NCBI GenBank assembly: GCA_963771465.1
Contig: CAVYTU010000012.1
Location: 160,001-224,000, forward strand
Source of the DNA: an uncultured delta proteobacterium
GTDB taxonomy: Bacteria > Desulfobacterota > Binatia > UBA9968
Direction: 5' to 3'
DNA length: 64,000 nucleotides
The notes beneath the pieces were generated by a model that saw only the letters and a list, made by a program, of their open reading frames with translations, was not told the origin of the DNA and searched no databases. Both the position numbers and the translations under genes were made by a program. This document shows positions 29,594 through 38,447 of this stretch, one piece after another; position 1 is the stretch's first letter, and every line of letters begins with the position of its first letter.

Positions 29594-30793
29594 ATGGGAG
29601 CTGAAATTGACGCGATCCAAGCCAAGAGCGAATGCTCGAACATGCGCGTCATCGGCCATCACGACCTGAACGGCCACGGCGACGGCATGCAGTTACTCAA
29701 GCATGGCCGCTATGTTTACTTAGCTCATCTGGGCACGTCACCCATGGCGTTGAGCATTCTCGACGTCGCCGATCCCACGGAGCCACGGCTGATAACCCAA
29801 ATGCCCCATGCGCCGAATACCCACGCGCACAAAGTGCAGATCGTCGGCGACATCTTGATTCAAAACCAAGAGCGGCCCTATTTCGATAATTCGGTTCCCG
29901 CTAGCGTGCCCAACGAAGCGGGCATCAAAATCTATAGCATCGAGAAACCGACCGAGCCGCGCGAGATCGGTTATCTAAAATTGCCCGGCAAGGGCGTCCA
30001 TCGCATGTGGTTCACCGACGGCAAGTACGCCCATGTCGGCGCGATGCTGCCGGGGATTGAAGAGCGCGCTTACCTGATCGCGGATATATCCAATCCGACA
30101 AATCCAAAGGAAGCCGGGCGCTGGTGGATTCCCGGCACCAAAGAAGGCGAAGAGGTGCCGCCGGATTGGACGCCGTTCGACGGCGAGCACTTTCACGTGC
30201 ACGGCGCGATCCCGCACGGCGATCGCTCCTACGTCGCCCTGGTCGACGCCGGCATGGTGATTCTCGACATCTCAGACATTGCCAAGCCGAAAACTATCAG
30301 CCACATCGACTGGAGCCCGCCGTTCGGCGGCTACGCGCACACGACGTTGCCACTGCCCGGTCGAAAACTTGTCGTTGCCGTCGATGAGTCGGTGAAATAT
30401 GACTGCAAGGAAGGCGAGAAGCGGGTGTGGATCATCGACATCCGCGAAGAAAGAAATCCAGTGATCGTCAGCACCTGTCCCGTGCCGCAGGGCGATTTTT
30501 GCAGCCGCGGGTTGCGCTTTGGCCCGCACAACGTGCATGAGAACCGGCCCGGCTCGTTTCAGAGCGAGAATATTATTTTCGTCACTTACTACAACGCCGG
30601 CCTGCGTGCGTTCGATATCCGCAATCAATATCGCCCGGAAGAGGTTGGCTACTTCATTCCGCCAGCGCCCGAAGGACAAAAGGCGCCCATGTTCAACGAT
30701 CTTTACGTCGACGCCGACGGCTTGATTTACGTCACGGATCGAATCAAAGGCGGATTGTATGTGCTCGAGTACACGGGGCCGAAGATTCAATAG
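29594..30793 (+). CDS. LVIVD-repeat beta-propeller protein
   Basis: Repeated ILDVADP / IADISNP / ILDISD / IIDIRE / AFDIRN units; RFGPHNVHE. Confidence 0.75.
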   Translation: MGAEIDAIQAKSECSNMRVIGHHDLNGHGDGMQLLKHGRYVYLAHLGTSPMALSILDVADPTEPRLITQMPHAPNTHAHKVQIVGDILIQNQERPYFDNSVPASVPNEAGIKIYSIEKPTEPREIGYLKLPGKGVHRMWFTDGKYAHVGAMLPGIEERAYLIADISNPTNPKEAGRWWIPGTKEGEEVPPDWTPFDGEHFHVHGAIPHGDRSYVALVDAGMVILDISDIAKPKTISHIDWSPPFGGYAHTTLPLPGRKLVVAVDESVKYDCKEGEKRVWIIDIREERNPVIVSTCPVPQGDFCSRGLRFGPHNVHENRPGSFQSENIIFVTYYNAGLRAFDIRNQYRPEEVGYFIPPAPEGQKAPMFNDLYVDADGLIYVTDRIKGGLYVLEYTGPKIQ

Positions 30794-30845
30794 CGGAAGA
30801 GATTCGCCGCAAAGAACGCAAATAAGGCAATATAAGAAAATTCCA

Positions 30846-31727
30846 ATGGCTGAGCAGTTACTCATAAACGTCTTCAACGTCGACGCCGCGCTGGCGGTGG
30901 GGCGCGCAAAAGGATTCTTTGCCGCGGACGGGCTCGATGTCGACGTGATCGTGACACCGAACTCCACTGAGCAGATGCGTGGGCTTGGGAAAAATTCGTG
31001 GCAGATCGTTTCGACCGCGTTCGATAATGTGCTCGGCTGGTCGGGACGCGAGGGGGCAGAGATTGTCGCGGTCGCGGGGATCTCCGAAGGTGGGACGCTG
31101 CCTGTGTACGTTCGGCCGGAGATCAAGACTTGGGACGATCTGCGCGGCAAAGCGTTGGCCGTCGACGCGGTCGATACCGCTTTTGCCTTAGTTTTGCGCC
31201 GTGTTTTGTTGGCGCACGGCCTGGAGATGGCGCGCGGCGATTATTCGCTGATCGCCAAAGGCACCACCGGGTTTCGTCTCGATTCGATGATTCACGGTGA
31301 AACCTTTGCTGGCGTGCTCAATGCGCCTTGGGATGCCAAAGCCGCCGCGGCGGGCATGGTGCGATTCGCCGACCATCGTGAAGTGCTGCCGGATTATCCC
31401 GGCGGCGTGTTTGCCGTCGGTCGCGAGTGGGCCGCTGCGAATCGCCATTTGCTGGTTAAATTTCTCAGTGCTTGGAACCGCGCGCTGCGCTTGGCGCGGG
31501 ACGCGCACCATCGCGCTGAAGTGTTGGCCATTGTCGCGGCGGAAGAAAAACTCGATGAAAAAGGCGCCGCGCGCAAGTTGGCGCAGTCGCCGCAGAGCGG
31601 CCAGCTGAATTTGCCGGGCCTGCAGTGCGTGCTCGACTTGCGCGTGTTGTTCAATCTCACGCCGCCCATGGGTAATGATCTGGCCGCTTATTACGACGAG
31701 AGCTTTTATCGGGAAGCAGCGAAATGA
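30846..31727 (+). CDS. SsuA/THI5-fold protein with no obvious signal peptide
   Basis: AKGFFAADGLDV, DLRGKALAVDA; N-terminus MAEQLLINVFNV is not a signal sequence. Confidence 0.7.
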   Translation: MAEQLLINVFNVDAALAVGRAKGFFAADGLDVDVIVTPNSTEQMRGLGKNSWQIVSTAFDNVLGWSGREGAEIVAVAGISEGGTLPVYVRPEIKTWDDLRGKALAVDAVDTAFALVLRRVLLAHGLEMARGDYSLIAKGTTGFRLDSMIHGETFAGVLNAPWDAKAAAAGMVRFADHREVLPDYPGGVFAVGREWAAANRHLLVKFLSAWNRALRLARDAHHRAEVLAIVAAEEKLDEKGAARKLAQSPQSGQLNLPGLQCVLDLRVLFNLTPPMGNDLAAYYDESFYREAAK

Positions 31728-31895
31728 AAGTGTTTAGCAAAATGAGCAAATGCGCTAACGAATTTAAGTCGCCCACGCGACAATCATAAATTATCCAAAT
31801 GCCATTGACTTAGAATTTTACTTTGACAAAGTGACGCCGTCAGTTTGGCGGCGGCGACTCGGATTCGGGGAAAATTTTCAAGGGAGGTTCAGGAG

Positions 31896-32927
31896 ATGAA
31901 GAAATTTCTAAATTTGAGAGTTGGGCTAATCGTCTTTATGGCGCTTCTTCCGTGGGGATATCTCACCCAGGCCGGCCCACTGGAAGACTTGGTTGCAGGC
32001 GCCAAAAAGGAAGGCACCATCGAGTTTTACGGTCCTTCCACCCTAGGTCCTGAGGGTGCCCAAGCGATCGTTTCCGCCTTCAATAAAAAGTATGGATTGA
32101 ACACCAAAGTAAATTTTACACCTTCCGGTAACATGACTCGGGATACCGCGAAGGTCGTCGGCTTGTCGGCGTCGGGACAACCGCCGGAATGGGACATCAT
32201 GGTCGTCACGGATGCGCATCATGGCTCGCTGTGGCTACGAAAGTTGCACAAGACCTTCGACTACACCAGCGTCGGCGTCGACAAGCAGCGAATCGAATAT
32301 GACAGTGGCACTATATCCGTCGCGAACCAGTTTGCCCTTCCGACCTATAATACAAAGCTGGTTGCGGCTAAGGATGTGCCGCAAAAATGGGAAGACCTGC
32401 TCGATCCGAAATGGAAGGGTAAGCTGGGTGTTATCAATTCGACGCACCATTTTGGGCGTTTAGCCGCGGGCGCCTGGGGCGACGAAAAAACCCTCGATTT
32501 CATAAAAAAACTCGTCGCGCAAAAGCCGCTTTTGACCCGCGCGGGAGAAATGGCCCAACGATTGATCTTGGGTGAAGTGCTGGTGACGGCGACCTTGCAG
32601 GACAGCCAGCTGCACGAAGCGAAGGAATCCGGCGCGCCGTTGGCTTTCGCTGAGAAGGTATCACCGGTGATCTCGCCCGAATATCACGTTGGCGTGATAA
32701 AAAATGCACCGCATCCCAACGTGGGCCATCTGATGTCGGCTTTTATGGCGTCCGCGGAAGTTCAACCAGCGTGGTTAAAGTATACCGGTCATACCTCTGC
32801 TTATGTACCTGGCACCGCGGCTCACAAATTCGCCCAGGGCAAGCAGGTGATTTACATGAAACAAGACCAAGCCGACAAGGTTGACAAAATATCCCGCCAA
32901 ATCGGCAAAATCCTCGGCTTTGATTGA
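31896..32927 (+). CDS. Fe(III)-type ABC substrate-binding protein
   Basis: Signal peptide, GAKKEG, WEDLLDPKWKGK, APHPN; AGGAG SD before ATG 31896. Confidence 0.8.
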   Translation: MKKFLNLRVGLIVFMALLPWGYLTQAGPLEDLVAGAKKEGTIEFYGPSTLGPEGAQAIVSAFNKKYGLNTKVNFTPSGNMTRDTAKVVGLSASGQPPEWDIMVVTDAHHGSLWLRKLHKTFDYTSVGVDKQRIEYDSGTISVANQFALPTYNTKLVAAKDVPQKWEDLLDPKWKGKLGVINSTHHFGRLAAGAWGDEKTLDFIKKLVAQKPLLTRAGEMAQRLILGEVLVTATLQDSQLHEAKESGAPLAFAEKVSPVISPEYHVGVIKNAPHPNVGHLMSAFMASAEVQPAWLKYTGHTSAYVPGTAAHKFAQGKQVIYMKQDQADKVDKISRQIGKILGFD

Positions 32928-32962
32928 GCACGCTGCCACGCTGGCCCGCCGGAGGAAGAGGT

Positions 32963-34723
32963 ATGAAAGTCGAATCCCGCGATGAATCGACCGTGGATCC
33001 ATGGGACGGTTGGAGCCGGTTCCTACCCCAGGGAATGACGGTGTTTGCCACGGGGCTTTCGGGATTTTTGTTGCTGCTCATCGGACTGCCAGTGTTGATG
33101 GTCATTCTCATGAGTCTTCGCACTGGCTTTCCCGGCGAGACCGTTCCATTTACATTAGAAAACTTCTCTACCGTTTACTTAGAACCACGAACCTATGAAG
33201 TTTTGTTGAACACCCTGTACTTCGCGGTGTCCAGCGTAGCCATCACGCTTTCGATCACGGTGCCGCTCGTCTGGGTCCTCATGCGAACGGACATACCCTT
33301 CAAAAAAACCATTTACGTCTTGCTCACGATCGGCATCCTCATCCCAGTCTTCCTCCGCACTATCGCGTGGATCTTGCTGCTCAGTCCGAGGATCGGCTTG
33401 ATCAACAAGTGGTTGCAACAACTCTTTGCCCTAAGCGAGCCGCCGTTAAATCTGTACAGCATAACCGGCATGGCCTTTGTCCAAGGCGTATCTTTCGTTC
33501 CGGGCGCGTTCTTCATGTTGGCCGCCGCCTATCGATCCATGGATCCTTCGTTGGAAGAAGCGGCGTACACTGCCGGGGTCGGCAAGCTCAGGACGTTTCT
33601 TAAGATCAACATCCCAATCACCTGGCCGGCGATTGCCGGCGTAATGGTGTACCTGTTTATGACCGCCATTGCGGTCTTTGAAGTGCCAGCGATCATCGGA
33701 ATGCCGGCGCGTATTCACGTGCTCAGCTCGCTCATTTTTACCTCGACGACGCCTTCCACAGGCTTGCCGGATTACGGCATGGCGGGTGCTTATGGCGCGA
33801 TCATGCTGTTGCTCGGGCTGACGCTCGCCTATCTGTATGTCCGGCTGGTGAAGCAAGGAAAGAAGTATACGGTGATCACTGGAAGAGGGTATCGCCCGCG
33901 AGAAATTGCACTTGGACCCTGGAAATGGGCGGCGCTCGCTTTTGTTTTCTTTTATCTGTGCATCGAGGTTTTTGTTCCCTTCGCCGTGTTGTTGTGGGCC
34001 TCAGTCTTGCCATACCTGCAACTGCCAAGCGCCGAGGCCGTTGCCAGCATGACACTGAAACACTACTGGGAGATCCCTCAGCATGTGGGCGTGCAGCCGT
34101 TTATCAATACTTTGATATTGATGTTGGCGGTGCCGACGCTGACGATGATTCTCAGCGTGCTGGTTTCCTGGGTGGTGATTCGCACGCAAGTGTCGTTTCG
34201 CGGCTGGCTCGATACCCTGGCATTCGTTCCGCACGCCGTGCCTGGAATTCTGATGGCGGTGGGCCTGGCTTACTTGGGCCTGGCCTATCGCGATATCTTT
34301 CCGATCTATGGCACGGTGCTGATCATTATCGTCGCGCACACCATCAATTGGATTGCTTACGGCACACGCACCACCAATAGCGTTATGATCCAAGTTCATC
34401 GCGAGCTCGAAGAGGCGGGCAGAGTCGCCGGCGCGTCGTCGCCACGGGTGTTGTGGAAGATTGTGCTGCCGTTAGTCGCAGCGGGCGTGCTCAATAGCTG
34501 GGTTTGGATCGGCATGTTGTCGTATCGCGAAGTGACCATGGCGTTGACGCTCTACACACGCAATAACGTCGTGATTTCCACAGTGGTGTGGCAATTCTGG
34601 GGCAGCGGTTGGGTGCCGCAAGTGGCAGCGCTGGGTGTGATCTTAATCCTCTTCGCCGCGCTGGTCGTCGGCGCGGTCCGTTTGGTGCTGTCCCGCATCG
34701 GCGAGATTGGCGCCGCATCATGA
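32963..34723 (+). CDS. Fe(III)-type ABC permease (two TM domains)
   Basis: MDPSLEEAAYTAG and HRELEEAGRVAGAS EAA loops. Confidence 0.88.
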   Translation: MKVESRDESTVDPWDGWSRFLPQGMTVFATGLSGFLLLLIGLPVLMVILMSLRTGFPGETVPFTLENFSTVYLEPRTYEVLLNTLYFAVSSVAITLSITVPLVWVLMRTDIPFKKTIYVLLTIGILIPVFLRTIAWILLLSPRIGLINKWLQQLFALSEPPLNLYSITGMAFVQGVSFVPGAFFMLAAAYRSMDPSLEEAAYTAGVGKLRTFLKINIPITWPAIAGVMVYLFMTAIAVFEVPAIIGMPARIHVLSSLIFTSTTPSTGLPDYGMAGAYGAIMLLLGLTLAYLYVRLVKQGKKYTVITGRGYRPREIALGPWKWAALAFVFFYLCIEVFVPFAVLLWASVLPYLQLPSAEAVASMTLKHYWEIPQHVGVQPFINTLILMLAVPTLTMILSVLVSWVVIRTQVSFRGWLDTLAFVPHAVPGILMAVGLAYLGLAYRDIFPIYGTVLIIIVAHTINWIAYGTRTTNSVMIQVHRELEEAGRVAGASSPRVLWKIVLPLVAAGVLNSWVWIGMLSYREVTMALTLYTRNNVVISTVVWQFWGSGWVPQVAALGVILILFAALVVGAVRLVLSRIGEIGAAS

Positions 34724-34738
34724 TCACATGATGCGGCG

Positions 34739-34818
34739 ATTCCAGCTTTCAAATTCCAAATTCCAGATTGATCGGAGCCGAGAGCCTATGTGGAATATGG
34801 AATCTGGAATTTGCAATT
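34739..34818. repeat. TTCCAGA/TTCCAAA short-period inverted-repeat element inside the ABC operon
   Basis: ATTCCAGCTTTCAAATTCCAAATTCCAGAT ... TGGAATATGGAATCTGGAATTTGCAAT; same family as 13-90. Confidence 0.65.
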
Positions 34819-34837
34819 CCGAGCAGAGCGAGGACCC

Positions 34838-35911
34838 GTGATTAGCATCCGTGCTTTGCAAAAATCGTTTCGCGCGCAGCAGGGACGTGTGGACGCGCTG
34901 CGATCGATCAACCTGGAAGTCGCCGAGGGCGAGTTCTGCGTTTTGCTCGGGCCGAGCGGCTGCGGCAAGACGACGACCTTGCGCTGTGTCGCCGGGTTGG
35001 AGCGGCCCGACGTCGGCGAGATCGAGATCGCCGGCAAGCTGGTCAATTCACCGGCACGACGCGTTTATGTGCCCACGGAACGGCGCGATCTCGGCATGGT
35101 GTTTCAGTCCTACGCCATCTGGCCGCACATGAACGTGTTTCAAAACGTCGCCTTTCCATTGACTCAAGGGCGAACGCGCTATTCCAAAGCTGACGTTGCC
35201 GATCGAGTTGAGAAAGCCCTCAAGCGCGTGCAATTAGATGGGCTTGGCGAGCGGCCGGCGACGGACTTGAGCGGCGGGCAGCAGCAGCGCGTGGCGATGG
35301 CGCGCGCCATGGTCACCGAGCCGAAGATTCTCCTGATGGACGAACCGCTGAGCAATCTCGACGCACGCTTGCGTGAACAGATGCGCGTGGAGCTGCGTAA
35401 AATTACCAAGTCCATCGGCGTGACCACTTTGTATGTGACGCATGATCAAGCCGAAGCGCTAAGTTTGGGCGACCGCGTCTGCGTCATGCATGCCGGCGAG
35501 ATTCTCCAGATCGCGCCGCCACACGAAATTTACGAACGGCCGGCGAGCCTTTTCGTCGCGCAGTTCGTCGGCGAGATGAATTTCGTCAAAGGCACCGTGG
35601 AGGCGAAGGATCGCGTGGCGTCGCCATTGGGCGCCATCGGCGCGGCGGTGCCGAACGGTATTCACACCGGCGCTGCCGTGACCTTGGCGATCAGGCCCGA
35701 ACACGTGCAGGTAGCCGCAGCGCCCAGTTACGGCATTGCCAACACCGTCGGCAAAGTGACCAGCAAGAACTATCTCGGTGACTCGGCGCTGCTGGAAGTG
35801 GAAGTGAACGGCGTGACGCTACTGGCCAAGCTCGCCGGCGATACCGAGTTGAACGTGGGACAGCAGGCGGTCGTTGAAATGCCGGCGCTGCGCTGGCAGG
35901 TGTTTCCGTGA
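34838..35911 (+). CDS. ABC transporter ATP-binding protein (FbpC/PotA-like, TOBE domain)
   Basis: [33 protein letters not shown]; GTG start at 34838. Confidence 0.9.
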   Translation: MISIRALQKSFRAQQGRVDALRSINLEVAEGEFCVLLGPSGCGKTTTLRCVAGLERPDVGEIEIAGKLVNSPARRVYVPTERRDLGMVFQSYAIWPHMNVFQNVAFPLTQGRTRYSKADVADRVEKALKRVQLDGLGERPATDLSGGQQQRVAMARAMVTEPKILLMDEPLSNLDARLREQMRVELRKITKSIGVTTLYVTHDQAEALSLGDRVCVMHAGEILQIAPPHEIYERPASLFVAQFVGEMNFVKGTVEAKDRVASPLGAIGAAVPNGIHTGAAVTLAIRPEHVQVAAAPSYGIANTVGKVTSKNYLGDSALLEVEVNGVTLLAKLAGDTELNVGQQAVVEMPALRWQVFP

Positions 35912-36043
35912 GTTCAGTAGATACCACTAGCCACGAAGGACACGAAAAGCACGAAGTTCAAACTCAAGTATATCTGAATCCTTCGGGTCCGTCGTGCGCT
36001 TCGTGATGCGGAGAGAAAGAACGATGGTAGCGCTACGCTCAAG

Positions 36044-36190
36044 CTATTCTACTGCCTGACCCTCGGATCCTTCGTAGACGGTTTCTACCGCTCCCATACT
36101 ACTAAGAGTTGGTGCCTCTTTCATATCATCCTCCACGAATCTTTTCCGAATCTTTACTACTTTGACGCCGTATTCGTTGTGAGTTTCCAT
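36044..36190 (-). CDS. Small 48-aa ORF immediately downstream of the A-PCP gene
   Basis: Hand translation METHNEYGVKVVKIRKRFVEDDMKEAPTLSSMGAVETVYEGSEGQAVE*; starts 8 nt after the upstream stop; no motif recognised. Confidence 0.25.
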   Translation of the reverse strand: METHNEYGVKVVKIRKRFVEDDMKEAPTLSSMGAVETVYEGSEGQAVE

Positions 36191-36198
36191 CACTGCTC

Positions 36199-38148
36199 TT
36201 AGATTTTTGTCGATTTCACTTGCTCTGCCAGTAATTCTTCAGCTGTTTCCTCCGAGAGGGATTCAACTTCCCTCAGCAATCGCTTCAATTCCTCTTCATC
36301 GGCTTTTTGTTCCTCTTTGTTGCTGATTACAACTGACATGGCGGCGACCGTGGGGGAATCGAACAGCGCTTGAACAGGCAATTGCAATTCAAAAGTTGCA
36401 ATAACGCGAGAAATGATTCGAGTAGCCGAGAGCGAATGTCCTCCTAAGTCAAAAAAGTCGTCGTGGATTCCTACCTCATCCGTTGAGAGAACTTCAGCCC
36501 AGATTTTTGCCAGCTCTTTTTCTATGGCGGTTTTGGGTGCAGCGTATGGAGTTGTCAGCTCCGGTCTCGAAGTGCCAGGATTCGGCAGTGCTTTTCGGTC
36601 TACTTTTCGAGTGTCGGTGAGTGGAATGGCTTCAAGCGTAACAAAGTTATGAGGGATCATATAGTCGGGAAGCTTTTCGTTTAAGAATCTTCTCAGCTCG
36701 CCGACTTTTGGTCCAGGCTGTACGGTAGGTACCAAGTACGCAACCAGTCGCTCGTCACCGGAGTTATTATTCCGCGCGACCACGACTGCTTCCTTGATGC
36801 CGGGACACTCGCGAAGGGCCGCCTCGATCTCATCAATGTCGATTCGGTATCCTCTGATTTTCACAAAAAAATCTTTTCGGCCCAGATGTAACAAGCAACC
36901 ATCTGGCAACATTCGTCCCAAATCGCCGGTGCGATAGATCCGTTCCTTTCCGCCCGCCGGACCGGGTAGAAACACGCCATCTGTGAGGTCGGGCCGACGC
37001 CAATATCCCGGGGAAACGTAACGTGTCTTGACTGCGATCTCCCCTTCGTCGCCGGCGATTTGTTTTCCGGCATCATCGACGAGGAGGATCTCGTTATCCA
37101 TAACAGCATAGCCCACGGGGATCAGATTGCCGCTTATTTGGGTTTCCTTGTTTACGAAGTACATGCGGAGACTTCCAGTTTCAGAGCTCCCGAGTCTGTT
37201 GACCAGGATACAATCCTTTGAAAAAAACTTCTTGAAGAAGTCCAATTCTCGCTTGTAAACGGGCTCCCCTCCCAAACGCAAGATGCGAATGTCTGGAAAT
37301 TCGCTCTGACCCGTCAGACCTTCGACGAACTGGCGAAAGACCGTAGGTACCGAATGGTAAATGGTGATCCTCTCCTCGATTAACCAGTCCCCGAGATGAG
37401 TAAACCCATCCTCTTTGAGATCTAGCGGAAAAAGAGATGCCCCGTTGAGTAAAGCCGCGAAAATATCATGGGTGCCACCATTAACGCTGAATGAATAAAG
37501 CAGAGTTAACCTATCGTCCACGCAGATGTGCAGCGAGTTCGTGTAATTCATCATGAAATGAAGCACGTTAAGATGATTTTGAATAACCCCTTTGGGCTTG
37601 CCGGTTGAACCGGAAGTGTAGATCACCCAGCTAAGAGACTCGGGTTGTATTCCTATGCAAGGATTGCCGTCGGCAAGACTGTCAAGCTCGTCAATATTAA
37701 CCAAATCGAGTATGGTTCCGGCTAATGACTTGGCTAGTGATAGATTCTTGTTGTTCGTCACCATGTAACTTGACTGCAAATCCTCCAAGATATACTTGAG
37801 TCTTAAATGAGGAAGCGAAGGATCCAAAGGCACATAAAATTTGCCCGCCTTCAAAGCGCCGAGTATAGCGGCAATGACTGGGGCGTCCTGTTCCAATAGC
37901 AACGCCACAGGTTCGTTTTTCCTACCTCGCTGAGTAAGGATCGTGTGTGCCATACGATTGGCGGCGCTATTCAAATCGTTGTAAGTCAACGAATGATTTT
38001 TTGTCTTGACTGCAAGGTGATCAGGATAATTCCGTGCAATCTTTTCGAAACGCTGCGGAATCGATTGGTCGGTTTCTTCCCTGCTAAATTCAAGGAATCG
38101 TCCATGCGGATGAAAGCATCTGGAGCGAGCAGCGGCGTCTGAAGTCAT
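36199..38148 (-). CDS. Stand-alone NRPS-like adenylation-PCP didomain protein
   Basis: YTSGSTGKPKG (A3), YRTGDL (A7), GRKD..VKIRGYRI (A8), PCP DFFDLGGHSL. Confidence 0.85.
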   Translation of the reverse strand: MTSDAAARSRCFHPHGRFLEFSREETDQSIPQRFEKIARNYPDHLAVKTKNHSLTYNDLNSAANRMAHTILTQRGRKNEPVALLLEQDAPVIAAILGALKAGKFYVPLDPSLPHLRLKYILEDLQSSYMVTNNKNLSLAKSLAGTILDLVNIDELDSLADGNPCIGIQPESLSWVIYTSGSTGKPKGVIQNHLNVLHFMMNYTNSLHICVDDRLTLLYSFSVNGGTHDIFAALLNGASLFPLDLKEDGFTHLGDWLIEERITIYHSVPTVFRQFVEGLTGQSEFPDIRILRLGGEPVYKRELDFFKKFFSKDCILVNRLGSSETGSLRMYFVNKETQISGNLIPVGYAVMDNEILLVDDAGKQIAGDEGEIAVKTRYVSPGYWRRPDLTDGVFLPGPAGGKERIYRTGDLGRMLPDGCLLHLGRKDFFVKIRGYRIDIDEIEAALRECPGIKEAVVVARNNNSGDERLVAYLVPTVQPGPKVGELRRFLNEKLPDYMIPHNFVTLEAIPLTDTRKVDRKALPNPGTSRPELTTPYAAPKTAIEKELAKIWAEVLSTDEVGIHDDFFDLGGHSLSATRIISRVIATFELQLPVQALFDSPTVAAMSVVISNKEEQKADEEELKRLLREVESLSEETAEELLAEQVKSTKI

Positions 38149-38447
38149 TATAGTCTCTACCTCCGACGTTTGTTCCTGATCACGAAACTATCCTTTAGGG
38201 CATCCAAAAGTATGCGGCAAGAGCGCCGTTGGACCAGTCTTCATTATGCAAATTGGTCCATCCTTCCATAGCCGCCTGAATTTCTCTCTACTCTACTAAA
38301 CGGCCAAAATAAATTGAAGGACTGGATTCTGTTAGGAAGATCCAGCTCCATTTGACCCCAAATTCTCCATCACTCCAATTTTCCGATTCTTGCAGTCACC
38401 CTGTGTCTGTGACATAGCAATTCAATCTTGAAATAGAAGGAATTCAC

